Shown one piece after another: positions 39,101 to 52,647 of a stretch of DNA of 64,000 nt (the stretch's first letter is position 1; every line of letters begins with the position of its first letter). The position numbers and the translations under genes are program-made. The notes beneath the pieces are model-generated. The model was not told the DNA's origin. It made no database searches and worked only from the letters and a program-made list of their open reading frames with translations. This stretch comes from Octopus vulgaris. Taxonomy: Eukaryota. The stretch spans positions 61,938,001 through 62,002,000 of the forward strand of contig OX597818.1 in NCBI GenBank assembly GCA_951406725.2, written 5' to 3'.

Positions 39101-42100
39101 TTATTCATACGTGGGGTCCGGAACTCTCGTGGGAAAAGGTAGTTTGATTGTGGATCTCTGATTGGATGAAGTAACATAAGTTCATAAATGTGGTCCGGAA
39201 CTCTCGTGGGAAAATGAGTCTGATCTCTGATTGGCTGTATGAAAATAAGTTCATACATGGGGTCCGGAACTCTCGTGGGAAAAATAAATTTGATAGTTGA
39301 TCTCTGATTGGCTGAATGAAAATATCTTCATAAATGGGGTCCGGAACTCTCGTGCGAAAAATTATATTGATAGTTAATCTCTGATTGGCTGTATGAGAAT
39401 AAGTTCATAAATGGGGTCCGGAACTCTCTTGGGAAAAATTAGTTTGATAGTTGATCTCTGTCTGATTAGCTGTATGAAAATAAGTCCATAAATTGTGTCC
39501 GGAACTCACGTGGGATAAACTATATTACTAGTTGATCTCTGATTGGCTGTATGAAAATATCTTCATAAATGGGGTCCGGAACTCTCGTGGAAATATTATA
39601 TTGAAAGTTAATCTCTGATTGGCTTATGAAAATAAGTTCATAAATTGGGTCCGGAATTCTCGTGGGAAAAATTAGTTTGATAGTTGATCTATGATTGGTT
39701 GTATGAAAATAAGTTCATAAATGGGGTCCGGAACTCTCGTGGGAAAAATGAATTTGATAGTTGATCTCTGATTAGCTGTATGAAAATAAGTTCATAAATG
39801 GGGTCCGAAATTCTCGTGGGAAAAATTAGTTTGATAGTTGATCTCTGTCTGATTGGCTGTATGAAAATATGTTCATCAATGGTGTCCGGAACTCACTTGG
39901 GAAAAACTATAATGATAGTTGATATCTGATTGGCTATGTAAAAATTTATTCATACATGGGGTCCGAACTCTCGTGGGATAAACTATATTACTAGTTGATA
40001 TCTGATTGGCTGTATGAAAATAAGTTCATCAATGGGGTCCGGAACTCTCGTGGGATAAACTATATTAATAGATGATCTCTGATTGGCTCTATGAAAATAT
40101 GTTCATAAATGGGGTCCGGAACTCTCGTGGGAAATATTATTTTGATAGTTTATATCTGATTGGCTGTATGAAAATAAGTTCATAAATTGGGTCCGGAACT
40201 CTCGTGGGAAAAATTAATTTGACAGTTGATCTCTGATTAGCTGTATGGAAATAAGTTCATAAATGGGGTCCGAAATTCTCGTGGGAAAAATTAGTTTGAT
40301 AGTTGATCTCTGTCTGATTGGCTGTATGAAAATATGTTCATGAATGGGGTCCGGAACTCACTTGGGAAAAACTATAATGATAGTTGATCTCTGATAGGCT
40401 GTGTAAAAATTTATTCATAAATGGGGTCCGGAACTCTCGTGGGATAAACTATATTACTAGTTGATATCTGATTGGCTGTATGAAAATAAGTTCATCAATG
40501 GGGTCCGGAACTCTCGTGGGATAAACTATATTAATAGATGATCTCTGATTGGCTCTATGAAAATATGTTCATAAATATGGTCCGGAACTCTCGTGGGAAA
40601 TATTATATTGATAGTTGATATCTGAATGGCTTTATGAAAATAAATTCATACATGGGTATGGAACTCTCGTGGGAAAATGAGTTTGATAGTTGAACTCTAA
40701 TTGGCTGTATGAAAATAAGTTCATACGTGGGGTCCGGTACTCTCGTGAGAAAAACTTGTTTGATAGTTGATCTCTGATTGGCTCTATGAAAATAAGTCCA
40801 TAAATTGGGTCCGGAACTCTCGTGGGATAAACTATATTAATAGTTCATCTCTGATTGGCTGTATGAAAATATGTTCATCAATGGTGTCCGGAACTCACTT
40901 GGGAAAAACTATAATGATAGTTGATATCTGATTGGCTATGTAAAAATTTATTCATACATGGGGTCCGAACTCTCGTGGGATAAACTATATTACTAGTTGA
41001 TATCTGATTGGCTGTATGAAAATAAGTTCATCAATGGGGTCCGGAACTCTCGTGGGATAAACTATATTAATAGATGATCTCTGATTGGCTCTATGAAAAT
41101 ATGTTCATAAATGGGGTCCGGAATTCTCGTGGGAAATATTATTTTGATAGTTTATATCTGATTGGCTGTATGAAAATAAGTTCATAAATTGGGTCCGGAA
41201 CTCTCGTGGGAAAAATTAATTTGACAGTTGATCTCTGATTAGCTGTATGGAAATAAGTTCATAAATGGGGTCCGAAATTCTCGTGGGAAAAATTAGTTTG
41301 ATAGTTGATCTCTGTCTGATTGGCTGTATGAAAATATGTTCATGAATGGGGTCCGGAACTCACTTGGGAAAAACTATAATGATAGTTGATCTCTGATTGG
41401 CTGTGTAAAAATAAGTTCATAAATGGGGTCCGGAACTCTCGTGGGATAAACTATATTACTAGTTGATATTTGATTGGCTGTATGAAAATAAGTTCATCAA
41501 TGGGGTCCGAACTCTCGTGGGATAAACTATATTAATAGATGATCTCTGATTGGCTCTATGAAAATATGTTCATAAATATGGTCCGGAACTCTCGTGGAAA
41601 AATTATATTGATAGTTGATATCTGAATGGCTTTATGAAAATAAATTCATACATGGGTATGGAACTCTCGTGGGAAAATGAGTTTGATAGTTGAACTCTAA
41701 TTGGCTGTATGAAAATAAGTTCATACGTGGGGTCCGGTACTCTCGTGAGAAAAACTTGTTTGATAGTTGATCTCTGATTGGCTCTATGAAAATAAGTCCA
41801 TAAATTGGGTCCGGAACTCTCGTGGGATAAACTATATTAATAGTTCATCTCTGATTGGCTGTATGAAAATATGTTCATAAATGGGGTCCTGAACTCTTGT
41901 GGGAAAAATTATATTGATAGTTAATCTCTGATTGGCTGTATGAAAATAAGTTCATAAATGGGGTCCGGAATTCTCGTGGGAAAAATTAGTTTGATAGTTG
42001 ATCTCTGATTGGCTGTATGAAAATAAATTCATACATGGGTCCGGAACTCTCGTGGGAAAAATTAGTATGATAGTTGATCTCTGATTCGCACTATGAAAAT

Positions 42101-45100
42101 TAGTTCATAAATTGGGTCCGGAACTCTTGTGGGAAAAATTAGTTTGATAGTTGATCTCTGATTGGCTCTATGAAAATGAGTTCATAAATGGGGTCCGGAA
42201 CTGTCGTGGGAAAATTAGTTTGATATTTGAACTCTGATTGGCTGTATGAAAATAAGTTCATACGTGGGGTCCGGAACTCTTCTGGGAAAAATTAGTTTGA
42301 TAGTTGATCTGATTGGCTGTATGAAAATAAGTTCATAAAGGGTCCGGAACACTCGTGGGAAAAATTATTTTGATAGTTCATCTCTGATTGGCTGTATGAA
42401 AATAAGTTCATAAATGGTGTCCGGAACTCTCGTGGGAAATATTATTTCAATAGTTGATCTCTGTCTGATTGTCTGTATGAAAATAAATTCATCAATGGGG
42501 TCCGGAACTCTCGTGGGAAAATCTACATTGATAGTCGATCTCTGATTGGCTGTGTGATAATTTATTCATACATAGGGTCCGGAACTCTCTTGGGATAAAC
42601 TATATTACTAGTTGATATCTGATTGGCTGTATGAAAATAAGTTCATACATGGGGTCCGGAACTCTCGTGGGAAAAATGAGTTTGATAGTTGATCTCTGTC
42701 TGATTGGCTGTATGAAAATAAGTTCATCAATGGGGTCCGGAACTCTCGTGGGAAAAATGATATTAATAGTTGATCTCTGATTGTCTTCATAAAAATATAT
42801 TCATATATGGGTTCCGGAACTCTCGTGGGAAAAATTAGTTTGATGTTGATCTCTGATTGGCTGTATGAAAATAAGTTCATAAATGTGGTCCGGAACTCTC
42901 GTGGGAAAAATTAGTTTGATAGTTGATCTCTGATTGACTGTATGAAAATAATTTCATCAATGGGGTCCGGAACTCTCGTGGGGAAAATTAGTTTGATAGT
43001 TGATCTCTGATTGGCTGTATGAAAATAAGTTCATAAGTAAGGTCCCGAACCCTTGTGGGAAATATTAGTTTGATAGTTGATCTCTGATTGGCTGTATGAA
43101 AATAAGTTCATAAGTAAGGTCCCGAACCCTTGTGGGAAATATTAGTTTGATAGTTGATCTCTGTCTGATTGGCTGTATGAAAATCAGTTTATCAATGGGG
43201 TCCGGAACTCTTGTGGGAAAAACTATATTTATAGTTGATCTCTGATTGGCTGTATGAAAATATGTTCATAAATGGGGTCCAGAACTCTCGTGGGAAAATA
43301 TATTGATTGTTGATCTCTGATTGGCTTTATGAAAATAATTTTATAAATGGGGTCCTGAACTCACGTGGCAAAAATTATATAGATATTTGTTCTCTGAATG
43401 GCTGTATGAAAATAAGTTCATAAATGGGGTCCGGAACTCTCGTGGGAAAAATTAGTTTGATTGTTGGTCTCTGATTGGCTGTATGAAAATAAGTTTATCA
43501 ATGGGGTTCGAAAATCTCGTGGGAAAAATCATATTGATAGTTGATCTCTGATTGGCTGTATGAAAATATGTTCATAAATGGGGTCCAGAACTCTCGTGGG
43601 AAAATATATTGATTGTTGATCTCTGATTGGCTGTATGAAAATAATTTTATAAATGGGGTCCGGAACTCACGTGGCAAAAATTATATAGATAGTTGTTCTC
43701 TGAATGGCTGTATGAAAATAAGTTCATAAATGGGGTCCGGAACTCTCGTGGGAAAAATTAGTTTGATAGTTGGTCTCTGATTGGCTGTATGAAAATAAGT
43801 TTATCAATGGGGTCCGAAAATCTCGTGGGAAAAATCATATTGATAGTTGATCTCTGATTGGCTGTATGAAAATATGTTCATAAATGGGGTCCAGAACTCT
43901 CGTGGGAAAATATATTGATTGTTGATCTCTGATTGGTTGTTTGAAAATAATTTCATAAATGGGGTCCGGAACTCACGTGGCAAAAATTATATTGATTGTT
44001 GTTCTCTGAATGGCTGTATGAAAATAAGTTCATAAATGGGGTCCGGAACTCTCGTGGGAAAAATTAGTTTGATAGTTGGTCTCTGATTGGCTGTATGAAA
44101 ATAAGTTTATCAATGGGGTCCGAAAATTTCGTGGGAAAAATCATATTGATAGTTGATCTCTGATTGGTTTTATGAAAATATGTTCATAAACGGTGTCCGG
44201 AACTCTCGAGGGAAAAATTATTTCGATAGTTGATCTTTTACTGGTTGTATGAAGATAAGTTCATAAATGTGGTCCGGTACTCTCTGGGGAAAAATTAGTT
44301 TGATAGTTGATCTCTGATTGGGGTCCGGAAGTCTTGTGGGAAAATTATTGCGGCCCGGTCTATCAAAGTCCCGTCCATTGTCTCGAAGTCACGCCGTGTC
44401 ACCACCATAGTTGATTAAATTAGTTTGATAATTGGTCTCTGTTTGGCTTATGCAAATAAGTTCATAAATGGGGTCCGGGACTCTCGTGGGAAAAATTAGT
44501 TTGATAGTTGATTTCTGATTGGCTGCATGAAAATAATTTCATAAATGGGGTCCGGAAATCTCGTGGGAAAAAATTTCGCGGCCCGGTCTGTCAAAGTCCC
44601 GACCATTGTTTGGTAGTCACGCCGTGTCACCACCATATTTGATTAAATTAGTTTGATATCTGGTCTCTGATTGGCTGTATGAAAATAATTTCATAAATGT
44701 GGTCCGGAAGTTTCGTTGGAAAAACTTCGTTGCCCAGTCTGTTGAAGTCCCGACCATTGCTTCGTAGTCACATCGTGTCACTACCATGATTGGCATTATG
44801 CAAATAAGTTCATAAAACGTATCCGGAACTCTCGTGGGTAAAATTAGTTTGATAGTTGATCTGTGATTGGGGTCCGGAACTCTTGTGGGAAAAAAATTTG
44901 CTGCCCGGTCTATTAAAGTCCCAACCATTGTTTCGAAGTCACGCTGTGTCACCACCATAGTTGATTAAATTAGTTTGATAATTGGTCTCTGATTGGCTGT
45001 ATGAAAATACGTTCATAAATGGGGTCCGGAACTCTCGTGGGAAAATATTTCGAGTCCCAATCTGTCAAAGTCCCGACCATTGTTTCGTAGTCACGCCGTG

Positions 45101-45545
45101 TAACCACCATAGTTGATGAAGTTAGTTTGATTGTTGATCTCTGATTGTGGTCCGGAACTCTTGTGGGAAAAAATTTCGCGACCCGGTCTATCAAAATCCC
45201 GACCATTGTTTCATCGTCACGCCGTGTTACCACCATAGCTGATTAAATTAGTTTGATAATTGGTTTCTGATTGGCGGTATGCAAATAATTTCATAAACGG
45301 GGTCCGGAACTCTCGTGGAAAATATTTCGCGGCCCTGTCTGTCAAAGTCCCGACCATTGTTTCGTATTCACGCCGTGTCAGAACCATAGTTGATTAATTA
45401 AATTAATTTGATAGTTGATCTCTGATTGGCTGTATAAGTTCATAAATGGGGTCCGGAACTCTCGTAGGAAAAAATTTCACGGTCCGGTCTGTCAATGTCC
45501 CGACCATTGTTTCGTAGTAACGCCGTGTTACCACCATATTTGATA
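18178..45545. repeat. Satellite DNA, ~77-bp monomer, roughly 340 copies, with higher-order repeats
   Basis: Consensus gttcataaatggggtccggaactctcgtgggaaaaattagtttgatagttgatctctgattggctgtatgaaaataa repeated continuously; copy number estimated from length divided by period. Confidence 0.97.
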
Positions 45546-45599
45546 TAAATGCTGGTCGATCGATTGATATTTTCACTCAGGCGTTACATCATATAGACT

Positions 45600-45968
45600 G
45601 ATGGAGAGAAAGAGATAGAAGGGGAGAAAGAGAAGGAGAGAGAAAGAAAGAGAGAGAGAGAGAGAGAGAAAGAGAGTAAAAGAGAGATACAGAGAGATTT
45701 AACGTAAGAGTTGACGAATGAGTCTTTATATTTGATTTGGCGACAGGCAATTAATAAAAGACTATTATACATGCACACACAGAAAGAACTGATAAAGGAG
45801 ACGAGGACGAGTGAGAGAGAGAGGGAGAGAGAGAAGAGAGGGAGAGAGAGAAAGAGAGAGAAAGTGCAGATGGTAGAGTAACAGAGTAATTATGGGGAAG
45901 ATATACAAATGAGAAGTTTGTTTTATTTAATTTTATCTTAACGTAATAATAATAATAATAACAACAAC

Positions 45969-46017
<49 letters not shown>
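45600..46017. repeat. (GA)n-rich tract and (TAA)n
   Basis: Visible directly. Confidence 0.85.
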
Positions 46018-46018
<1 letters not shown>

Positions 46019-46219
46019 GCTTTGTTTTGAAAATTAATATTCATTTCATGATTTTGTAAAAGAAATTTGATCGAAGTTAAATCATATTTATTGTATGTTT
46101 GCCATATCGTCTTATGTTACCCCATGGTGGCAAAAGAATGCTTCACAAGTTATCGCTAATATGGCGAATAACACTCTACGATATTAATAAGTGGGAAAAT
46201 ATTGATTTCAAATTTTGAT

Positions 46220-46410
46220 ACAAGGCCGGCAATTTTGTAGGAAGAGAATGAGTTAATTACATCGATCCCAGTGCTCAACTGGTACTTAATTTATCGACCC
46301 CGAAAGGCAAAGTCGACCTCAGCGGAATTTGAACTCAGAACGTAAAGAGAGACGAAATACTGCTAAGAATTTCGCCCAGCGTGCTAATGACTCAAGTCTG
46401 TTCGCCGCCT
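46220..46410 (-). mobile_element. SINE family B
   Basis: Matches 4192-4412. Confidence 0.8.
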
Positions 46411-46429
46411 TAATAAGTAGGAAAACAGA

Positions 46430-47956
46430 AATGCTCCAAGGATAATGGTAATTAAACAGAGCAGTAAAATTCGCAATTTGGAAGCCTCAATCCTTAAATT
46501 GTTTTCAAATACATTGGGTAAAGAAATTCAAATTATTTCATGAAGAATATCTTTGGTGTTAAGTTGCTTGCATGGAGGAAGCGTGGAAGAATGATTTGAA
46601 GAATGATTTTTTTCTGATGAAAAACCCATCAAGGGGAAACGCTGTCGACAATTTTCATCCAGCATCGTGTCATTCTTTGATGTAGACGTTTTGAGTAGAA
46701 CTATTGGATACACACAGACACACGCACACGCACACACACGCGCACACACACAGAATATTTACAAAGAAAGAAGGTGCGCGGTGATACATTAAATAATATA
46801 TTTAGAAATTACATAGAAGTAAAAAACAATGGGAAACAAATGGAAACTACACAAACTGAAAGTCACAAAATCCTTATCAGCTATCATCCAAAGGATTGCA
46901 ACAATTTTACGCCTTTCAACGATAGTATTGATCCCCTTTGGTGGCGTCAGCAACTGGAACCGCTAGGGAATAGCGAGCAAACAAACAAGGGACCAAACAC
47001 AACAGAATGTGAACATACAAAGAAAAATGATGCAAAACAACTATTGATAGAGAAACAAAAGAAAAAAAATCGAAGGAAGAGAGGAAAACGAAAGACCGGC
47101 TTCTAATAGAGAACAGCAATAGAAAAATATATAAACTATGCAATGATCTGCGTAGATTATATAAAAAGTGTGTGATTCGTGTCCCCCATATCGTGGATAA
47201 TAGAATGTATGAAATTCTCTAGCGTGACAAAAATGTTACTGACTTCATTGGTTGTAGCATGGAAAAGTGAAAGCGCGATATGTCCTCTGGGGATTTACTG
47301 AGAAAGGACGCAGTAATGAGAAGAATATACTAAGATGTTTTGTCATCATTATTGTTTGTTGTATGCATAATGGTTTTAACATTGTTTTTACGAAAATAAA
47401 ATGAAAAGCAAAAAGTGGGTGTTAGCTATGACTTGGGAAAGAAACAGTAAAAAACAACCCATTTTCCATTCACCTTTAAAGATATGGAAGAGCAAAGATC
47501 AAAAAGATACAATACTAAACACTATACATACGTATGGACCGGGGTTAAGAAGAATGATGTGCTAATTTCACTGTTAGAAAAAAAAAGGTGTCATCTGATG
47601 CGACAGTGATACCAGATGAACAGATGAAGAAAGACACAGAGCACAGGGGAAACGAATATTTAGACTCACTGGGAATAGATAAAGACAAAAGAAACGAAAG
47701 AGGCATTTGGATAAGGACTGAATGAAAATAAAATAAATAAAAAAAAAAGAAAAATAACAAAAGAAAATTATAGCAATATATGTGCAGGCGTGGCTGTGTG
47801 GTAAGAAGTTTGCTTCCAAGCCACATGGTTCTGGGTTCAGTCCCACTGCGTGGCTCCCTGGGCGAGTGCCTTCCTCTATAAAAGTTTCTTCCCCGACCAA
47901 AGCTCTGTGAGTGGATTTGGTAGATGGAAAATGAAAGAAAACCGTCATATATATAT

Positions 47957-47989
<33 letters not shown>

Positions 47990-48454
47990 AGATAAGAAAA
48001 GAAAGGAGACCAATAAAATAATATGAGGCCTAAACAAATACATACTGAGATCGATTCATTCGACGAAAAATTCTTCAAATTGGTGCCCCAGCAAGGCCGC
48101 ATTCTAATGACTGAAACAAGTAAAAGATAAAAGATATATACGGGCTGCCTCGTTGATGGGGTATTTAATAGAACAAAGATCAGATTAGGAAGACGAGTGT
48201 TCGGTCACGAAATATAATGGACATAAATGATTCACTGCTTCCGAAATGTGATGGTGATAGAATTTATTTTGCCAGAAGCCTAGGCGGCAGAGGCTTGATA
48301 AACTGTAGAAAAAATACGAGGGAAATAATCGCTGCTGATATTTAGAAAGCAGTGTTGAACCCTGGGTAATGGAAGTAAAAATTTCTGACATTTTTATAGA
48401 CTAAAAGTTGCATTTATTAGAAGGAGAGGGAAAGAAAGATAGATAAATAGATAG

Positions 48455-48517
<63 letters not shown>

Positions 48518-49100
48518 GAGGTGGGGGAGAAACGAAGAGGCCGAGAGAGATAAAAGAGGATGGCTGAATTAAGGCATGGCCAATTTATGAAAGTCATTGA
48601 AAGTGGAGAAGATAAGCAAACATAATTGTAAAGCTTTTATATGTGCAGCAGAAGCGCAATCCCTTTGTGAGCATATAACATCGGTAAAACGATAGAGCCA
48701 CCATTTTGTAGGCATTGTACAACGAAAGAAGAATCAGTCAGCCATATTGTAAGAGCTGTAAACTGGTACAAAAGTAATACGGAAAGAGGAGACGCAATAA
48801 AATTGTTAGGGCTGTTACAAGAGAAGTGGTGTGAGAGATATTAGCTGAATAGGAGAGAGAAGTGTATAGGTACCAACGTGACCCAGTGGTAGAGTGAGAG
48901 AAAATAAAACAATTTTAGTGTCGTCTGCCTCCAGTGGGATAACATTGAAGAGAAGACCTGATATTGTTATTGTCGGAAGTGAGAAAATACTTTGTTAGAT
49001 AATTGATGTAGCATCACCAAGGGATGAAAGAATATGTGAAAAGGAAAGGACTAAGCGACATAAAAAATTTGAAGAGCGACATTTATAAAATGTGGTGAGC
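46430..49100 (+). pseudogene. Highly decayed R4/Dong-type retrotransposon (RT, CCHC, RLE) with later insertions
   Basis: Collinear relic motifs across frameshifts: HWVKKFK (~46510), TKDRLLIE (~47090), WIIECMK (~47190), LSSLLFVVCIMVLTLFLRK (~47340), FCRHCTTKEESVSHIV (~48705), RRPDIVIV and IIDVASPRDERICEKER (~48950-49050). Confidence 0.65.
47784..48132 (+). mobile_element. SINE family A with internal deletion
   Basis: Head gcaggcgtggctgtgtggtaagaag and tail ggtgccccagcaaggccgc...ctgaaacaagtaaaag. Confidence 0.8.
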
Positions 49101-49212
49101 AAAAAAAAAGGTTTAAGTTGTATTAAAAATGATGACGAAGATGATGATGGCGCCATTTATGAAAACAACAGCAATAGCAACAACAAGAATGATAAAAGTA
49201 TCAAATAGTGGT

Positions 49213-49420
49213 ACAAGGTCAGCAGCTTGGAAGATGAAGAACAGTCAATTACATCGGCTCCCAGTACGCAACTGGTACTTATTTTATCGACCCCCCCCGA
49301 GAGAATGAAGTAAGGCAGTCTACCTGGGTGGCATTTTTGAACTCAGATCGTTCAGAGCCGGAAGAAATGCCGCTAAGCATTTTGTCCTACGCACCAACAA
49401 TTCTGCCAGCTCACTGCCTT
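49213..49420 (-). mobile_element. Degenerate SINE family B
   Basis: Similarity to 46220-46410. Confidence 0.65.
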
Positions 49421-49506
49421 AATAATAATAATGATAATGATAATAATAATAATAATGATGATGATGATGATGATGATGATAATGATGATGATGATGATGA
49501 TGATGA

Positions 49507-49568
<62 letters not shown>

Positions 49569-49635
49569 ATAATAATAATAATAATAACAATAACAATAAC
49601 AATAACAATAACAATAATAATATTAATAACAATAA

Positions 49636-49671
<36 letters not shown>

Positions 49672-49686
49672 TGATGATGATGTTGA

Positions 49687-49739
<53 letters not shown>

Positions 49740-49805
49740 ATATTAATAATAAGAATAATAACAATAACAATAATAATAATAATAACAATAAGAATAAGAA
49801 TATTG

Positions 49806-49855
<50 letters not shown>
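49421..49855. repeat. Compound (AAT)/(GAT)/(ACT) microsatellite with internal duplication
   Basis: Visible directly. Confidence 0.95.
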
Positions 49856-49856
<1 letters not shown>

Positions 49857-50409
49857 CCCTGATGCAGTACCAGGCAGTGGCTCTCATGGCTTCTGATCTT
49901 GACTGATTGGAAGTGTTATCATGTACATTGTTTTGGCTTGGTATAAAAGATGGGCTACAGCAAATATTCTGCTCAATACCACAGATTTGCTTGTCATTTG
50001 TTTGACCTTAACTAGTTGAGCATGTCCCTTAGTGGCTGACGATATGTGCATCTCTGATCACGAGCAGAAGTAGTGGGGGAGCATCATAGCCATGTGTTGA
50101 GAGGGATTCTTTGGGGTTTGAATAATTCACCTCTGGAAACATGGGTGGTTCTTTCAACATCCTTAAACAACCCTTATTCAGGGACCATTTGAGCGGGATG
50201 GGCTACTCAACCTGAAGAAAATTCTAACTGGGCCCCACCTGCAAGGTCATGTGCTGTTTATCTTGATATGAGATCACCATGTCGCGCACATATGGTTGTG
50301 ATGCATGTGCCTGGTGTACCTTTATCAGACGGGTAGTCATGATGGGTATATTGGGCTTCGTATATTTTACCCCAGTGTCACTTTGATGGCATGAACTGCT
50401 CTCTCACTC

Positions 50410-50410
<1 letters not shown>
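49856..50410 (+). mobile_element. Family C, longest copy: ~555-bp non-coding element flanked by (AAT)n
   Basis: Three further partial copies in the window; sharp boundaries with AAT tracts on both sides. Strand is arbitrary. Confidence 0.85.
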
Positions 50411-50473
<63 letters not shown>

Positions 50474-50585
50474 TTTTCTACTAAAGGCACAAGGCCTGAA
50501 ATTTACTGCTGACGATTCTGCCAGCTCACTGCTTTAGTAAAAAAGATTATAATTATTACTAAAGCAGTGAGCTTTTAGTAGAAAA

Positions 50586-50640
<55 letters not shown>

Positions 50641-50641
<1 letters not shown>

Positions 50642-50838
50642 GTCAAGACGAAGAGCGCGATTCGATTGTAATAGATATTATATTGGTTGAACGTGTGGAC
50701 ACTGGTTGCTCTTCATACTTTAATTTTAAATTTTTATCACATCTTATTTTTGAACTCGACAAAAACAGACTTACTGTCAAAATATCGTTCAGTCAAAAAA
50801 CTATCGATTACAATCGATTCACGCTCTTCGTTTTGGCT
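50641..50838. mobile_element. MITE with ~37-bp imperfect terminal inverted repeats
   Basis: Left agtcaagacgaagagcgcgattcgattgtaatagata versus reverse complement of the right end agccaaaacgaagagcgtgaatcgattgtaatcgata. Confidence 0.75.
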
Positions 50839-50879
50839 GTTTACTTTTGTGAAGAGTTACGTTAGTCCTTTTAACATAT

Positions 50880-50915
<36 letters not shown>

Positions 50916-51264
50916 AACAATAATAATAATAATAATAATAATAATTTATTCTTTTATTAGCCACAAGGGTTCACATACAAAAACATTTAATGACATACAA
51001 CATAAAAGACAAAAACAGAATGATACAATGGGTTTTACAGCGTGTACACAATATAATAACAATTGGAATTGAACAAATTAAAACTCCCAATAGGGGTGGT
51101 GCTTTAAGGTCCTCGTGGAAAACCCCACAAAAACCACGGGTGCCTGAGCAACAGGGCAAGAGCCCTTCTTTTTTTTTACAGGTGCACACTCAGAATTGGT
51201 CCTTTCACACTGGTCATTATTCCAACATTAATAATAATAATAATAATAATGATGATAATAATAA

Positions 51265-52505
51265 TTTCCTTTAGTTGCCACCAGGGTGAAGGATGAGATG
51301 GGGACAATACAAAGATAGATATAAAGTGTTGGGGTTTACATGTAATGGAATGGTAAAAAAAGAGAATTATTCACAGTATACATTACAAGAAGTGAGGTAT
51401 ACACAGTATAAATGGCGGTGCCCCAGCATGGCCACAGTTCGTGAGCTGAAACTAGATGAAATAAATAAAATAAATAAGGAAAAGATAAATTGTGATGGTG
51501 GTGGTGGAGGGGGGATCCTGATACAGGAGGACCCCTAGGGATGAGCGAGGAACCCCCACCATTCTTAATACCTTTTTCAACTCCTTTCGTCCGACTCACA
51601 GGTCTACACTGAGAGCGGTACCATCCACTCTTGCCATTTTCGCAACTTTCACCTACCATTTCATAAATTCACTCGAGGCACAGCATCTCCTTTTCCACCC
51701 TCGCTTTCCTTTTCAAGTGAAACTAAAGTCCACTACCGTCGTTGACCCATCGCCCTTCAAAATAGTGGGGTGAAGTGCTGCTGAAAAGCTGCACACATTT
51801 ATTCAGAATCATGTAACAAGTGCCCGTCCCGATCCGTCAAAGACCCGATCGTGGTTTGGTTTCCACGCCGCGTCTCTACCGTTCGAGCCCATTGGACGGC
51901 TTTAGTTCCCTCGTGTTTTAGCGCACGGCCCTGAACTCTGACAACGCAACCTTCATGTTTCGCCTCAAAGAAATGGTCAAGAGCCATTCTCGCCGCTAAC
52001 ACATCAGTCGTGATGTCTTTACTAACCATCTCTTCTAGTTGGCTAATTAGTTCTCTGTTTCTTTCTATTGCTAACACTTTGCAAAACTCTCTTGATTCTG
52101 TTCTAATCGCCCACTTCAGGGCTATCTACCACCGGTTCTTAACGATTGCCTCCATCAACTGCCTTTTAACTAGTTCGCTAATCTGGTCCCTGTAGTCTTT
52201 GCGCGCCGGAAAGGACGCGTTCAACTTCCAGTAACCGGGTCCTATCTAAATCGACTGCGCAAATCACAATTTGTGGTCTGTGTAGCCGACCAATTTGAAT
52301 TGTGGACACCCTATACTATCCTTATCAGCTGACCTAACAAATACTCTATCTAGATACGACCTGGGCGACCCATTGTGATTGCTCCATGTCCACACTGGCA
52401 CATCAGAAAAATCGAACAGATTTCTGACAGGTATTGATCTCTCAGAAAGCTGGACGTTTCTGAGCAGGTTTTCGAGGCTTTTACAACCACTTCTACCAGT
52501 AACAC
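51265..52505 (-). mobile_element. Internally deleted L1/Tx1-clade retrotransposon (EN end, linker, 3' end)
   Basis: WTWSN...RSYLDRVFV...YTDHKL and GPGYWKLNAS motifs, then a linker region, a jump to the C-terminus and a 3' UTR. Confidence 0.75.
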
Positions 52506-52585
52506 ACTGGGGTCGATGCAATCAAAGTAATTCCTTCTTCGAAATTTCGGGCCTTGTGCCTTTTGTAGCAATTATTATTATTCTA

Positions 52586-52647
<62 letters not shown>

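Noticed and set aside
18178-44300. Hammerhead in the 77-bp monomer (ctgattgg...gaaa)
   Set aside because: The core is CUGAUUG rather than CUGANGA, and no stems I-III are evident.
18178-45545. Satellite as a CRISPR array or as repeated small CDSs
   Set aside because: There are no unique spacers and no cas genes. The repeated 60-100 aa ORFs are by-products of the tandem repeat.
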